Shown here one piece after another: positions 53,860-64,000 of a DNA stretch of 64,000 nt. The notes beneath the pieces are model-generated. The model saw only the letters and a program-made list of their open reading frames with translations. It was not told the origin of the DNA and did no database searches. The DNA comes from Eledone cirrhosa (Eukaryota). The stretch is from the NCBI GenBank assembly GCA_964016885.1, contig OZ024740.1, positions 217,310,001-217,374,000 on the forward strand. Direction: 5' to 3'. The first letter of the stretch is position 1; each line of letters opens with the position of its first letter. Both the position numbers and the translations under genes were made by a program.

Positions 53860-56800
53860 ATTATTATTATTATTATTATTTGCATTTATCTTGCTTTATG
53901 TTTATACGAGTTATCACCAAGTCACAACCAGTGACCTCAAGAGACAACAAGGTCCGCCATGTTCAAGAAAGAACATACATATTCACACATGCATCCTTAG
54001 TGTTTAGACTTGTGATGTACTTATATTGACAGGATCTTCCTTAGTATATGCGCAGTTCCCATTAGTACTATCTTTTGTATTTCTCCTATACGCGGGTTTC
54101 CTGGGATTTGCGATAAGTAGTCGTTAGACCCCTTAGGTATCATTCCCAGAGCGCCTACAACCACTGGTATTGTTTTAGTTCTCAATTTCCACATTTTTCC
54201 AATTTCTATCTCCAGGTCCTTATACTTGCTCAATTTTTCAAATGTTTTTATAGATACATTCTTGTCTATTGGAACAGACATATCAATTAGCAGGCATACC
54301 CTCCTTTGAAAGTCCTTCAATATTATATCAGGTCTATTTGCATCTATTTTTCGGTCTGTTTGGATGCTAAAGTTCCACAAGATTGAGATGTGATCTTTTT
54401 CAAGTATGGGAGGTGGTTGATGCTCCCACCAATTCTTTTGATGGGGCAGGTCAAAATGCTTACACATTATCCAATGTATGTATTGTGCAGCTCTGTCATG
54501 CCTGTTTAGGTATTCGGTTGGAGCTATAGGACTGCACATTGAAATTATATGGTCAATGGTCTCTGGTTGTTTTTTGCATACACGGCATAATAGGCTGCAC
54601 CCATTTTTTATTATGTTGGCTTGGTAATTTTTTGTTGGCAGACACTGATCTTGTGCCGATATAATCAGTCCTTCAGTCTCCGATTTCAGTCCAGAGGATG
54701 CCAACCACTGATGGGTTAAAGTTTTGTCAACATCAGGATTGTTAGCTCGCTCTGGGTATTTTCCATACAGAGGCTTTTCTTGCCATTTCTTAGCCAGTTT
54801 CTGTAGCAGTTCTTTCTTTGCAGTTACTTTTACCTGCTTTGCTTTTTCTGTGTTTTCCATTTCAGCAGTAAATGGGTCTTCTGAAACTTGTAGTCCATTA
54901 CTGTATCTTTGTGCATCTTTTGTAATGGAATATGATCTTTTGGTGCTTTCGTGTTTCAAAACGAGTTTGATCATCCAATCATGTGATTCCCTTAGATATG
55001 TGGATAATCCAATTGTTGCAGTTTTCAACGCAATGTCTAACTGGATTAACCCACGTCCTCCTTCTTTCCTAGGGAGATATATTCTATCTATGTCTGCCTT
55101 AGGGTGATGCATTCTGTGCATGGTTAAGAATTTTCGGATTTTTGTATCGAGCCTACGGATCTCTGTGCTTGACCAGTTGATGACATTGTAACTGTAGGTT
55201 ACTACTGGTATGGCAAGCGTGTTTATGGCATCGATCCTATTCCTTGCATTCAATTCCGTTCTTAAGATTGCTCTGACTCTGCGGTAACATTCCTTCCTTA
55301 TCCTTTCCCTCATTGTCAAGTGCTTGATTCCGTCTCCTTCACAAACACCTAGATATTTGTAAGTTTTTTCTTGATCAAGCTCTCTTATCACGTTCCCCCG
55401 ATCAAGATTAATGTCTGAACTCTTCAGCAGCTTTCCTCTGGTGAACGTTGCTTTGGCGCATTTATCCAGTCCAAACTCCATTTTAATGTCATCACTGAAC
55501 TGCTTCACAGTGGATAATAGCCCTTGCAATTGTTCATCATTTTTTGCAAATAGTTTCAGGTCATCCATGTAGAACAGGTGATTAATGGTTTTGTCATAGA
55601 CTCTATATCCATGTTTTGTTTCATTGAGCATTTTACTTAATGGTATAAGTGCGATGCAGAATAAAAGCGGTGATAAAGAGTCACCCTGAAAAATTCCACA
55701 ATTAATGTTAACTTCTCCAGCTTCCAGTGATTTTGTTTCACTATTCAAAAGGAGTGTCGTTCTCCATGTCCTCATACTGAATGACAAAAACCTCCTGACA
55801 ACGGGGGATATTTTGAAAATCTCTAAACATTTTTCAATCCAACTGTGTGGCAAACTATCGAATGCTTTTTTATAATCTATCCAAGCAATCGATAGATTTT
55901 TGTGTCTTTTATGACAGTCTTCCAGTATCATTTTGTTAACCAGAAGCTGATCCTTACAGCCATATGAGCCTCGTTTACACCCTTTCTGCTCAATGGGAAA
56001 TAGGTCATTTGTTATCAGGTGGTCATATGTGTATTCAGTTAGGACTGATGTTAAAATTTTATACATTGTGGTCAAGCAGGTTATCGGTCTGTAATTTTTG
56101 GGATTGTTTGTCTCATCATTCTTCGGTAGCAGGAATGTAATGCCGTTAACTAGCCATGATGGTATCTTTTCTGGCTCCTTAACTATTTCATTGTAAAGTT
56201 GGGCTAACAGCTCATGAGACTCTGTGAAGGCATTTATCCAAAAGTTTTGTATTTTGTCTTTTCCTGGGGGTTTCCATTTGCTGGTTTTTCTTAGAGCCAA
56301 GCGCAGCTGTTCAACTGTTATATTTTCCCATGTTTGTTCTTCAAGGTGAGCTGTTTCTTTCATTTGTCTGTCTATCCATGGGGCATGTATGTTATGAACT
56401 TTTTCTTCGGCCCAGATCTTTTCCCAGAATTCTTGCACTTCCTCCTTGGGTGGTATTGATTTAGCAGTTATTGTTGACTTACCAATTTTTCTGTAGAAGT
56501 TTCTTTGGTTGTTTTTGAACATATTATTGTCCTTATAGAATCTAGATCGTTTTTCAAAGCGCCTTATACGAGCAGCTTTGGCTGACACTTTTTGCTTGAT
56601 TGTTTCTATCAGCATGTCTATGTCACATGTTGATCTTATACTGTACTTTTTTTTCAATTTTCTAAGTTTAGTTTGTTTAACATGTTCACCTACTTTATAG
56701 TTTGTTAAAATTTCTATGTCAGATCGGAGAAGGTTTATTTGGCGATTGATGTTATCTTGCCAAGTAGATTTCTTGTGGGAATTCCTTTGTTTTTTCATCT

Positions 56801-57860
56801 TCACTCCACATAAGTGAGTGGTGACTTTAGCCGATGCATAATAGAGATGATTTAAGTCAGTAATGTTTAGTTTGTTTGTGATGATAATGTTTTTGAGAAT
56901 TATGTTAGTCTTGTGTATTATCTTTTGGTTCTGTTTGGAGTTCTGGATCTTAGGGAGGGTGTCTCGTTGTCCCATGTCAGATTCTTTCATTTTCATCCAT
57001 TCGATCATAATTTCATCCTTCAAGTTGGCAAGTTCATTCTCATTCATTTCTTTATCATTTACGATCTCATTATTTTCATTTGGAGTTTCATCCTGAGCAT
57101 GCACTCCCTCCACTTTTTCGCTCCTTTCTTTAATTTGTTCTGTTGCCAGTGATTCCGCCCTAACCCTGGGATTCGAAGTGTTACAGTTTACCTCGTTTTC
57201 ACTGACACATGCTTCATTTTCCCTTCGCTGACTTTGTGCTACTAGCTTGATCTGATCAATTTCTATATCAGTTAGTAACTTTTTTCTTACAATATTTCTT
57301 CGTATATTGGCTAGTTTGTTACTGTCAATATAGCCTCTGTTTTCGGGATGTTTCTTTTTCCAGTTGATATATGTTTGTTCTGTATTCGATGTATTTGATG
57401 GGTAGTACATGGCAGTGTAGAAAGCCTCAAGGACTTCTTTATTATCTTCCCTTGACCATTTTTCTCTCTTTTTCTTTGGATTTCTTGGTGGTGAGCATGG
57501 AGGGCCAACAGTAGGAGTATTCCGGTTATGGGAGGTCTCCAGCTCCGAAGTGATGAGAAGGTTTGAACCATTAGCTGATTTTTCGACCCCAGTCTGGTTC
57601 CTCTCTGAGGTACGCGGCACTTTTTTACCCGGGTGACGGCCGATCCGGTATGAGATTTTATCATTAGACATTTACTTTATTTTGTCGCGTTTTATCCTTA
57701 TCCGCCAAGGGGTAATCATTTCGTGTTACCACTTCTAGAACGCGTGTCAACCAAGACTAGAGGGGTCGTTCTCCCCTAGAGACATGGCTATTTCCCGCCG
57801 GCCGCCATCCCGGTATTTCTTGGTCACGGGGTTTTCTTTTTGTTGTTTTTTTTAAATTGT
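53860..57860 (-). mobile_element. Full-length R4/Dong-clade non-LTR retrotransposon
   Basis: Single long ORF, short UTRs, (AAT)n tail at 53860-53880. The 5' boundary is approximate. Confidence 0.9.
54021..57671 (-). CDS. RT + CCHC + restriction-like endonuclease polyprotein (1216 aa, intact)
   Basis: NYRPITCL, WIDYKKAFDS, GIFQGDSLSP, FYMDD, CRVC-x8-H-x4-C, RHD, RPD...LIDMSVP, KLSKY. Confidence 0.95.
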   Translation of the reverse strand: MSNDKISYRIGRHPGKKVPRTSERNQTGVEKSANGSNLLITSELETSHNRNTPTVGPPCSPPRNPKKKREKWSREDNKEVLEAFYTAMYYPSNTSNTEQTYINWKKKHPENRGYIDSNKLANIRRNIVRKKLLTDIEIDQIKLVAQSQRRENEACVSENEVNCNTSNPRVRAESLATEQIKERSEKVEGVHAQDETPNENNEIVNDKEMNENELANLKDEIMIEWMKMKESDMGQRDTLPKIQNSKQNQKIIHKTNIILKNIIITNKLNITDLNHLYYASAKVTTHLCGVKMKKQRNSHKKSTWQDNINRQINLLRSDIEILTNYKVGEHVKQTKLRKLKKKYSIRSTCDIDMLIETIKQKVSAKAARIRRFEKRSRFYKDNNMFKNNQRNFYRKIGKSTITAKSIPPKEEVQEFWEKIWAEEKVHNIHAPWIDRQMKETAHLEEQTWENITVEQLRLALRKTSKWKPPGKDKIQNFWINAFTESHELLAQLYNEIVKEPEKIPSWLVNGITFLLPKNDETNNPKNYRPITCLTTMYKILTSVLTEYTYDHLITNDLFPIEQKGCKRGSYGCKDQLLVNKMILEDCHKRHKNLSIAWIDYKKAFDSLPHSWIEKCLEIFKISPVVRRFLSFSMRTWRTTLLLNSETKSLEAGEVNINCGIFQGDSLSPLLFCIALIPLSKMLNETKHGYRVYDKTINHLFYMDDLKLFAKNDEQLQGLLSTVKQFSDDIKMEFGLDKCAKATFTRGKLLKSSDINLDRGNVIRELDQEKTYKYLGVCEGDGIKHLTMRERIRKECYRRVRAILRTELNARNRIDAINTLAIPVVTYSYNVINWSSTEIRRLDTKIRKFLTMHRMHHPKADIDRIYLPRKEGGRGLIQLDIALKTATIGLSTYLRESHDWMIKLVLKHESTKRSYSITKDAQRYSNGLQVSEDPFTAEMENTEKAKQVKVTAKKELLQKLAKKWQEKPLYGKYPERANNPDVDKTLTHQWLASSGLKSETEGLIISAQDQCLPTKNYQANIIKNGCSLLCRVCKKQPETIDHIISMCSPIAPTEYLNRHDRAAQYIHWIMCKHFDLPHQKNWWEHQPPPILEKDHISILWNFSIQTDRKIDANRPDIILKDFQRRVCLLIDMSVPIDKNVSIKTFEKLSKYKDLEIEIGKMWKLRTKTIPVVVGALGMIPKGSNDYLSQIPGNPRIGEIQKIVLMGTAHILRKILSI

Positions 57861-59006
57861 TATTATCATGAGTGGTTCCTTAATGTGAGCATTGCGTGGC
57901 TTAAGAATGAAATTATTAATAATTGTCTCCACTCCAGGCACAAGGCCAGCAATCACCCAGTGCATTACAATAATATAATATACTTTTTGTTGTAGTTGGC
58001 TGTTATTGCTGCTGGCTATGTCGGTGGTGGTGCCGGGGCTTTTTATATTGTTGGTGAGGAAGGGGTGAGCCAGCAGTCCCATAATTGTTGATGTAGACGT
58101 TTGGCCGTGGCAAGGTCACAAGTCAATCTATTTATATCTTTTGCTAGCCTCTCTCTTGTCTAGTGCTACCGCCACCTTCCCTTTTCTCTCTCAAGTTAAC
58201 AGGGGAATAGTGTCAGTAGCACTGAATGAGTGGTGGCGGCGATGATGGATGTGGTGGGGTGGTGGCAGCGGTGGTGTTGTGGTTACTGATATAGTATCTA
58301 TGAGTTTGTGTTCGTATGTTTAATATATATTTTCATTATATTTTGTGTTGACATATTCCCGTAAAATTTGAATTAAACATTTTTTAAAATTTGAGACAAT
58401 CATAATAGTAATTATTATTATGATGCCGGTGAAATTGCCGTTATCTGGTGTGATGGGATAGGTAGTGTATCAAGTTTCTGGTGTTGGTGAAATTGAAATT
58501 GCCGCTGTTCTATATAGTGTAGACAGAGGGTGTTTTGTTCCATTTATAACCATTTTCTTTTTTTGAATACAAAATATATAATACAAAATTGAATATTTGA
58601 GCGATACAACAATATAATATGGATCCGAAACTTTATGGGACCTCATTCGGTGCCTTTATGCAACATTTGTGCTAAGAATTGTTCTTTCACAATTGATTTA
58701 AATATGTTAAAAATCAGAAAACTTACGGGAGCAATTTCGTGACGTTCTACCACCTCGTGCGTCTTCTTCCCTTATTATTATTATTATTATTGAATGCCAT
58801 GGTTGACGGAGGCTCGGCTCTGTAAGGTATAGTAATTTTTAACCGTTAAAACAATTGTAAATTGTTTAAAACTTGAACCAAATTGTTGATAAAGACACCC
58901 TCCTCCTCGTGAGAGGGGTCTTTCTGTCCGTTATTTGGCCCTTCGGGGTTAAATAACCAGTTATTGGGGTTTTGTACCCAAAATTTCATTTTAAACAAAA
59001 AACAAC

Positions 59007-61103
59007 ATGGCTACGAAAAAGAAATTTCATACGTCACTCCCACTCATTCCGTCTTCTTCTTCCTCAATCATCACTACAGCAGAGAGAAGATTGTCTCTCT
59101 CCCTCCCTTCTTTAAATGTGTCTCTCTCCCTCCCTTCTCTTTCGCAAGTGACGAAAGAAAAGAAAAGTCTCGTGCAAAGCGTGCAAGGTTTCTCCACGAC
59201 GACGACGACAGCGACGAAACAGGTGTGCGGGAAATACGAAAACCCAGTTCATTCGTCTGACGTCAGGAATAATAGCAGTAGCAGCCGTAATAACAACAGC
59301 AACAGTGACAATGAAAACAACAGTAGCAGCCGCAACAGCATCACCAGCAGCATAAACAACAACAGCATTAGCAGCAGCAACACCAACAACAACCACAGCA
59401 ACAGCGGCGGAGGCAGTAGTCGTAGTACCTGCAGCAACAACAAAAGTACCAGCAGCTCTGACGACAACAACAACAGCAGAGAAAAACCAATCTCATTTGC
59501 AGGTATTGCGAAAAACTTGGAAACAATCCTCATAACAAATGAGGAATTAGAGGAAGCGAAGAAGATGGTGACAAAGAACGGACACCGAGCAATCTGCAAG
59601 GCAGCGGAAAAAATTTTCGAAACCCAAGAGCACTGTACGGTCACGTACCGTACAGTAAGTACAAAATCCCGTAGGGTGGAAAGAGCCACAGAGGCCCAAA
59701 TACAAAAAGCCTTGGGGTCTGTGTGGCAGCGGAAAACGCACATCACCCGAGGCAAAAAATATGCCACCGTAGACGTACTTTTTGCCACACCCCAGGAGGC
59801 AAAGGCCCAATCAGTAGTGACCCTAAGGAGCGAGGAAATGGTGTTGGTGCCCTCCTACTGCGGGCAAAAAATTGTGAGGGTCAAACTGACCCACGTCCCC
59901 CCCGGAATGATCCCTTCTTGGCTGGCCGCGTCTGTCCTCGTCGGAATCGAGGACAAAACAACTGTACTGCAAGTACAGAAAAAAGTAAGAGAAGATTGGG
60001 TCGGCTCCTCCATTGAGATGCTAATCCAAACCAACCAGGAGTGCATCGAAGCTATCCCGGATGTGATAGACTTCGATAACGGCACTCAACTGCCCATAAG
60101 TGTTGAGGGCAAACGCCCGAAATGCTTTCGCTGTGGATCGAAGACTCACCTCAGGGCCTTCTGCAACGAGAAGACCCTGAGAAAGGAGAAACCCCCCCTC
60201 CTTCCGAATCCGGCTCCACGGCTACCAGCAACAGGACAAGCGGCAACCAGGAACGATAGGTCCGTGGCACCCATACCCACTCCACGGAAATCAAAAACAG
60301 CAGCAGCAGTGGAAATATTAACAACAACAACAGCAATACCAAATGCAGCTGCAACAGAGACTCCAGTGCAAACATCACCAACAACAACAAGTGAAAGAGT
60401 GGAGCTGGTACCCCTCCCCGACCTCACAGAATCAGACATGGAGTGTGAGGTGGGAGAGGGATGGCAAAAGGTCGCAAGAAGGCACAAACGCAGAAGCAGC
60501 GCATCGTCGCCTTTGAAAAGGGAGGAAAGAAATGAGAAAAGGGTAAAGTCTACTGCAAAGAGACCCACAGCAGCAACACCACCAACACCATCACCACCCA
60601 CACCAGCACCACCATCACCACCGGCGACAACCCCACCGCCAACAACACCTTCAACACCACCACCACAAGCACCAACATCGCAAACACAACAACAAAACAC
60701 ACACACCCAGCAACAACGACAAGAAAATAGCAGAACCACACCCCACCCCCAGAAAAACAAATGCACGGCAATAAACACACACAACAAGAAACTAATGACT
60801 TACATAATTGAACACACAGACATTTCACAACAGGACTACATAATACCAGCACCAATCAAAACGCCAACTAACATAAGACTGCTAAAAATAGCACAGAAAC
60901 AATACACAAACATTAAAACGAAATTCCCCAACGCAGTTGGTGATTTCAGGGACCTAGGAGGAACCATCAATCGAAGAGTATATTCAGACATTCTCTTAGA
61001 AGAGCCGACGACCAGCCGAAGGGACGATTCAACGGTCCCTTCACCAGACGATCAAGTGAAAAGGGATGTAAAAACCATCCCTCCTCTACCAAAAGTACGG
61101 TAA
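59007..61103 (+). CDS. LINE ORF1 (698 aa) with CCHC zinc knuckle and S/N- and P/T-rich low-complexity tracts
   Basis: CFRCGSKTHLRAFC; position immediately upstream of an APE-RT ORF2. Confidence 0.85.
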   Translation: MATKKKFHTSLPLIPSSSSSIITTAERRLSLSLPSLNVSLSLPSLSQVTKEKKSLVQSVQGFSTTTTTATKQVCGKYENPVHSSDVRNNSSSSRNNNSNSDNENNSSSRNSITSSINNNSISSSNTNNNHSNSGGGSSRSTCSNNKSTSSSDDNNNSREKPISFAGIAKNLETILITNEELEEAKKMVTKNGHRAICKAAEKIFETQEHCTVTYRTVSTKSRRVERATEAQIQKALGSVWQRKTHITRGKKYATVDVLFATPQEAKAQSVVTLRSEEMVLVPSYCGQKIVRVKLTHVPPGMIPSWLAASVLVGIEDKTTVLQVQKKVREDWVGSSIEMLIQTNQECIEAIPDVIDFDNGTQLPISVEGKRPKCFRCGSKTHLRAFCNEKTLRKEKPPLLPNPAPRLPATGQAATRNDRSVAPIPTPRKSKTAAAVEILTTTTAIPNAAATETPVQTSPTTTSERVELVPLPDLTESDMECEVGEGWQKVARRHKRRSSASSPLKREERNEKRVKSTAKRPTAATPPTPSPPTPAPPSPPATTPPPTTPSTPPPQAPTSQTQQQNTHTQQQRQENSRTTPHPQKNKCTAINTHNKKLMTYIIEHTDISQQDYIIPAPIKTPTNIRLLKIAQKQYTNIKTKFPNAVGDFRDLGGTINRRVYSDILLEEPTTSRRDDSTVPSPDDQVKRDVKTIPPLPKVR

Positions 61104-61138
61104 GTGGTCTTTCCCATCTTTTCCACTCTATTTTAAAC

Positions 61139-62383
61139 ATGACCTCACTCAGAATAGGCAGCATAAATGCGCGTGGCTTGGGGTTGTCATGGAAGCAGGG
61201 TCACCTGCTCAACGACCTCAGGTCACTAAACATAGATGTAGTGGCCATCAGCGAGACCAGAATCTCCGAAGCACGGGCCTTCGCACCCATCTTCGGCGGC
61301 TACGATGTGTACGCATCTCCCAGCCGTCCTGGATCGGGTGGAGGAGTTGCTGTGCTTTTTCGGAGAGGTTTGGATCTCGCCATACGGGCCATCTTCCTGG
61401 ACCCAGAGGGTAAGCTGGTGGTGCTGGACGTGACCAGCGGAGACGGGCAAGCTTTCAGGCTAGTGGCCGTCTATGCCCCGACAGGAGCAGGGCGGCCTGA
61501 TTTCTTCCGGCGTCTGGAGACCTTTCTTGGAACGTCCCGCTCTTTAGTGTTAGTGGGCGACTGGAACGGGATCTTAGATGCACGCTGGGACTGTGTGGGA
61601 TTAGTGGATAGGGGTGGAGGGTGCAAGAGCCTCACCAACCAGCTCAGGCGTTTTGAACTGTCTGACAGGTACCGATTGGATTTCCCGAATGTGCCAATGT
61701 GGACTTGGACAAACCGCATAGGGTCATCCAGATCATATCTAGATAGAGTATTTTGTAGGGAAATAGATAGGTCTAGCATAGGCTGTCCACAATTCAAGAT
61801 AGTCAGCTACACGGACCACAAATTCGTGACCTGTGTGCTTGACTTAGATAGGCTTCATAGACGAGGACCCGGCTACTGGAAGCTAAACGCGTCCTTACCA
61901 GCGCGCAAGGCCTACAGAGACCGGATTAGCGAACTAGTTAAGCGGGCGTTGACGGGGGCCATCGTCAACAACAAGTGGTGGTTTGCTCTGAAAAGAGCGA
62001 TTAGAATAGAATCGATTAGGTTTAGTAAGGCTTTAGCAACAGAGAAAAATAGAGCAGAGGGAGAACTAGTTAGAAAATTAGACGAGGCGCTTAGCAAAGG
62101 CATTGCGACCGACGTGCTTGCGGCGAAATTGGCCCTTGACCAATTCTTCAATGCAAAGCACGAAGGCTGCGTTGTCAGAGCTAGGGTGCGTGCTCTCAGA
62201 CACGAGGGGACGAAAGCCGTTCAATGGGCCCGAGTGGCGGAGGCGCGTCGTGGCAACAAAGCCACGATCCGGTCTTTGGTGGACCACGACGGGCGCATGC
62301 TACTCGATCCCGGGCAAATGTGTGAAGCTTTTCAGCGACACTTCGCTCAGCTGTTCGGGGGCAGCGGGGGGGGGGGGGGGGGG
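61139..62383 (+). CDS. LINE ORF2 part 1: APE endonuclease
   Basis: SINARGL, ISET, VYAP, GDWN, YLDR, TDH, YWKLN. The frame breaks in a long G run. Confidence 0.9.
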
Positions 62384-62390
62384 TAGAGTG

Positions 62391-64000
62391 ATGGACTTTA
62401 GTGTCTACCTCGACGGACTGCCGCGGCTCTCAGCCACTGAGGCGAAGTGTTGCGAAAAGCCGATAACAGCCGCTGAAGTAAGGGAGGCAATGACTGGCTG
62501 CACAAGGGGTAAATCGCCTGGTTTGGATGGTCTGCCCTATGAACTTTACGTACAGATGCCAGACTTGTTCGGAGGCCTCTTGGCGGACGTCTACTGCAAC
62601 TGGCAACAGAACGGGAGAATTCCCAGTTCTGTGAGCCGAGGAGCGGTGGCACTGCTGAGAAAGGATCCGAACAAGGGGGATAACATAGAAAATTTCCGGC
62701 CCATAACTCTGCTAAACACAGAGTTTAAGATTTTGGCCAAGGTGCTAGCAAAGAGGTTGGCGCTTGTCGTTGGTGGTCTGGTGGGAGAGGCGCAGACATG
62801 CGCCATTCCCGACAGATCCATCCACGACAACCTCCACCTCATGCGATACATCGTAGAGAGGGTAGCTAGGGAACCTGGCACGGGTGGGTCCTTGATCAAT
62901 TTAGATCAGTCGAAAGCTTTCGATAGGGTCGACCATCGTTACCTAGCGGCAGTCCTGAGGGCGGCTGGCTTTGGGCCCGTCTTCAGAGGCTGGATCGCTG
63001 CCATGCACAGCGACATCTGCTCTGTGGTGAGAGTGAACGGTCACCTGTCGGAACCGTTCAACATCATGCGCTCGGTCCGCCAAGGATGTCCCCTCTCGTC
63101 CCTCTTGTACGTATTGACTCTCGAGCCATTACTGCACAAACTGGAGACGTTGAGGGGAGTCCCGCGCGAACTAGGATGCGGAAGATCCGTGTCAGCATAT
63201 GCGGACGATGTCACCGTAGTGGTGTCGAACGCCAAACACATCGAGGCGATCGGCACTACACTAAGAGAATACGAAGCGGTAACAGGAGCAATAATCAACC
63301 AGGAAAAGTCAGTGGGCCTGCAGCTCGGCACCTGGAGAGGCAGGTCCATGCCATCCAACAGCGTCGTCGGGCGCTGGACGGACGGACCGGTTAAATTGCT
63401 AGGGGTCTGGTTCGGTCCGGACCTCCAGACGGACAAAAACTGGGACGAGGTGACGAGCAGGGTGGCTTCTCTCACCCAGAAATGGGCGGAGAGGAAGCTA
63501 TCCCTGAAAGGTCGAGCGGAGGTGGCTAACGCGTACATCGCGTCTGTCATCTGCTACCGCCTAACCGTCGTACCTTGTCCTAAGCCTCGCCTGACTGCAC
63601 TGGAGCGTTTGCTCTTTCGCTTTTTGTGGAAGGGACGTGCTCCGATGGTCAGGCGGTCCATCTGTTGTCAACACCCGCTACGTGGAGGGCTGGGCATGCC
63701 GTGGCTGATGATGCGCAGGCACGCGCTCAGGCTACGACATCTCCACCTCTTCCTCGACGGTGATCAGGTGTGGTCGCCGTTTGCTAGACGCGTTTTTCCC
63801 CAGCTCGTTTCCTTGACGGAGCTGCAGTCCTGGGTCAAGCGAAGACCGAGAGGGAGCGCCTGGAGACTGGAATGTCTTCAGGCGCTCACAGCCCTCGACC
63901 AATCGGGCAATGTGATCGGTGGAAACTCCACCTCGGCGTTCTATAGAGGATTAGTGGAGGGGAAGAGCGACGACGTACTTGGGGAAACTCTAGGCGTCGA
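62391..64000 (+). CDS. LINE ORF2 part 2: reverse transcriptase (open to window end)
   Basis: KSPGLDGLP, NFRPITLLN, LDQSKAFDRV, VRQGCPLS, YADD, GGLGMP; I saw no stop before 64000. Confidence 0.88.
   Translation, partial: MDFSVYLDGLPRLSATEAKCCEKPITAAEVREAMTGCTRGKSPGLDGLPYELYVQMPDLFGGLLADVYCNWQQNGRIPSSVSRGAVALLRKDPNKGDNIENFRPITLLNTEFKILAKVLAKRLALVVGGLVGEAQTCAIPDRSIHDNLHLMRYIVERVAREPGTGGSLINLDQSKAFDRVDHRYLAAVLRAAGFGPVFRGWIAAMHSDICSVVRVNGHLSEPFNIMRSVRQGCPLSSLLYVLTLEPLLHKLETLRGVPRELGCGRSVSAYADDVTVVVSNAKHIEAIGTTLREYEAVTGAIINQEKSVGLQLGTWRGRSMPSNSVVGRWTDGPVKLLGVWFGPDLQTDKNWDEVTSRVASLTQKWAERKLSLKGRAEVANAYIASVICYRLTVVPCPKPRLTALERLLFRFLWKGRAPMVRRSICCQHPLRGGLGMPWLMMRRHALRLRHLHLFLDGDQVWSPFARRVFPQLVSLTELQSWVKRRPRGSAWRLECLQALTALDQSGNVIGGNSTSAFYRGLVEGKSDDVLGETLGV

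Larger units (their letters stand above)
58792..64000 (+). mobile_element. Near-intact L1/Tx1-like LINE (runs off the window end)
   Basis: Starts after (TTA)n; structured 5' UTR; ORF1 and ORF2 present. Confidence 0.92.

Noticed and set aside
58895-58925. HDV-like ribozyme candidate (CTCCTCGTGAG) in the LINE 5' UTR; also sought in the R4 5' UTR
   Set aside because: Could not build the P1/P2 nested pseudoknot; a simple hairpin explains the pairing.

Overview
Eukaryotic, AT-rich, microsatellite- and transposon-saturated genomic DNA, most likely from an octopod or other coleoid cephalopod (inferred from recalled octopus-type tRNA-derived SINEs). There are no prokaryotic operons or CRISPR arrays. 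The only host genes I can support are two paralogous 3-exon genes (8272-12735 and 43710-47738) inside a ~6.5 kb segmental duplication. Each encodes a secreted protein built from a chain of 37-aa, 6-Cys pacifastin-like/half-VWC modules (17 vs 16 modules, with a reshuffled central array). Everything else is mobile DNA: Penelope-like elements and derivatives with ten type I hammerhead ribozyme motifs (one cut by the window edge, two being mirror copies); several diverging inverted repeats, including a ~5 kb palindrome; two head-to-tail Helitrons, one with a nested hAT element; RTE and SINE fragments; an intact R4/Dong-type RLE retrotransposon (1216 aa); and several L1/Tx1-like LINEs, one near-intact, that appear to sit in (ATT)n tracts. 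All calls are made by eye; no database searches or folding programs were run.
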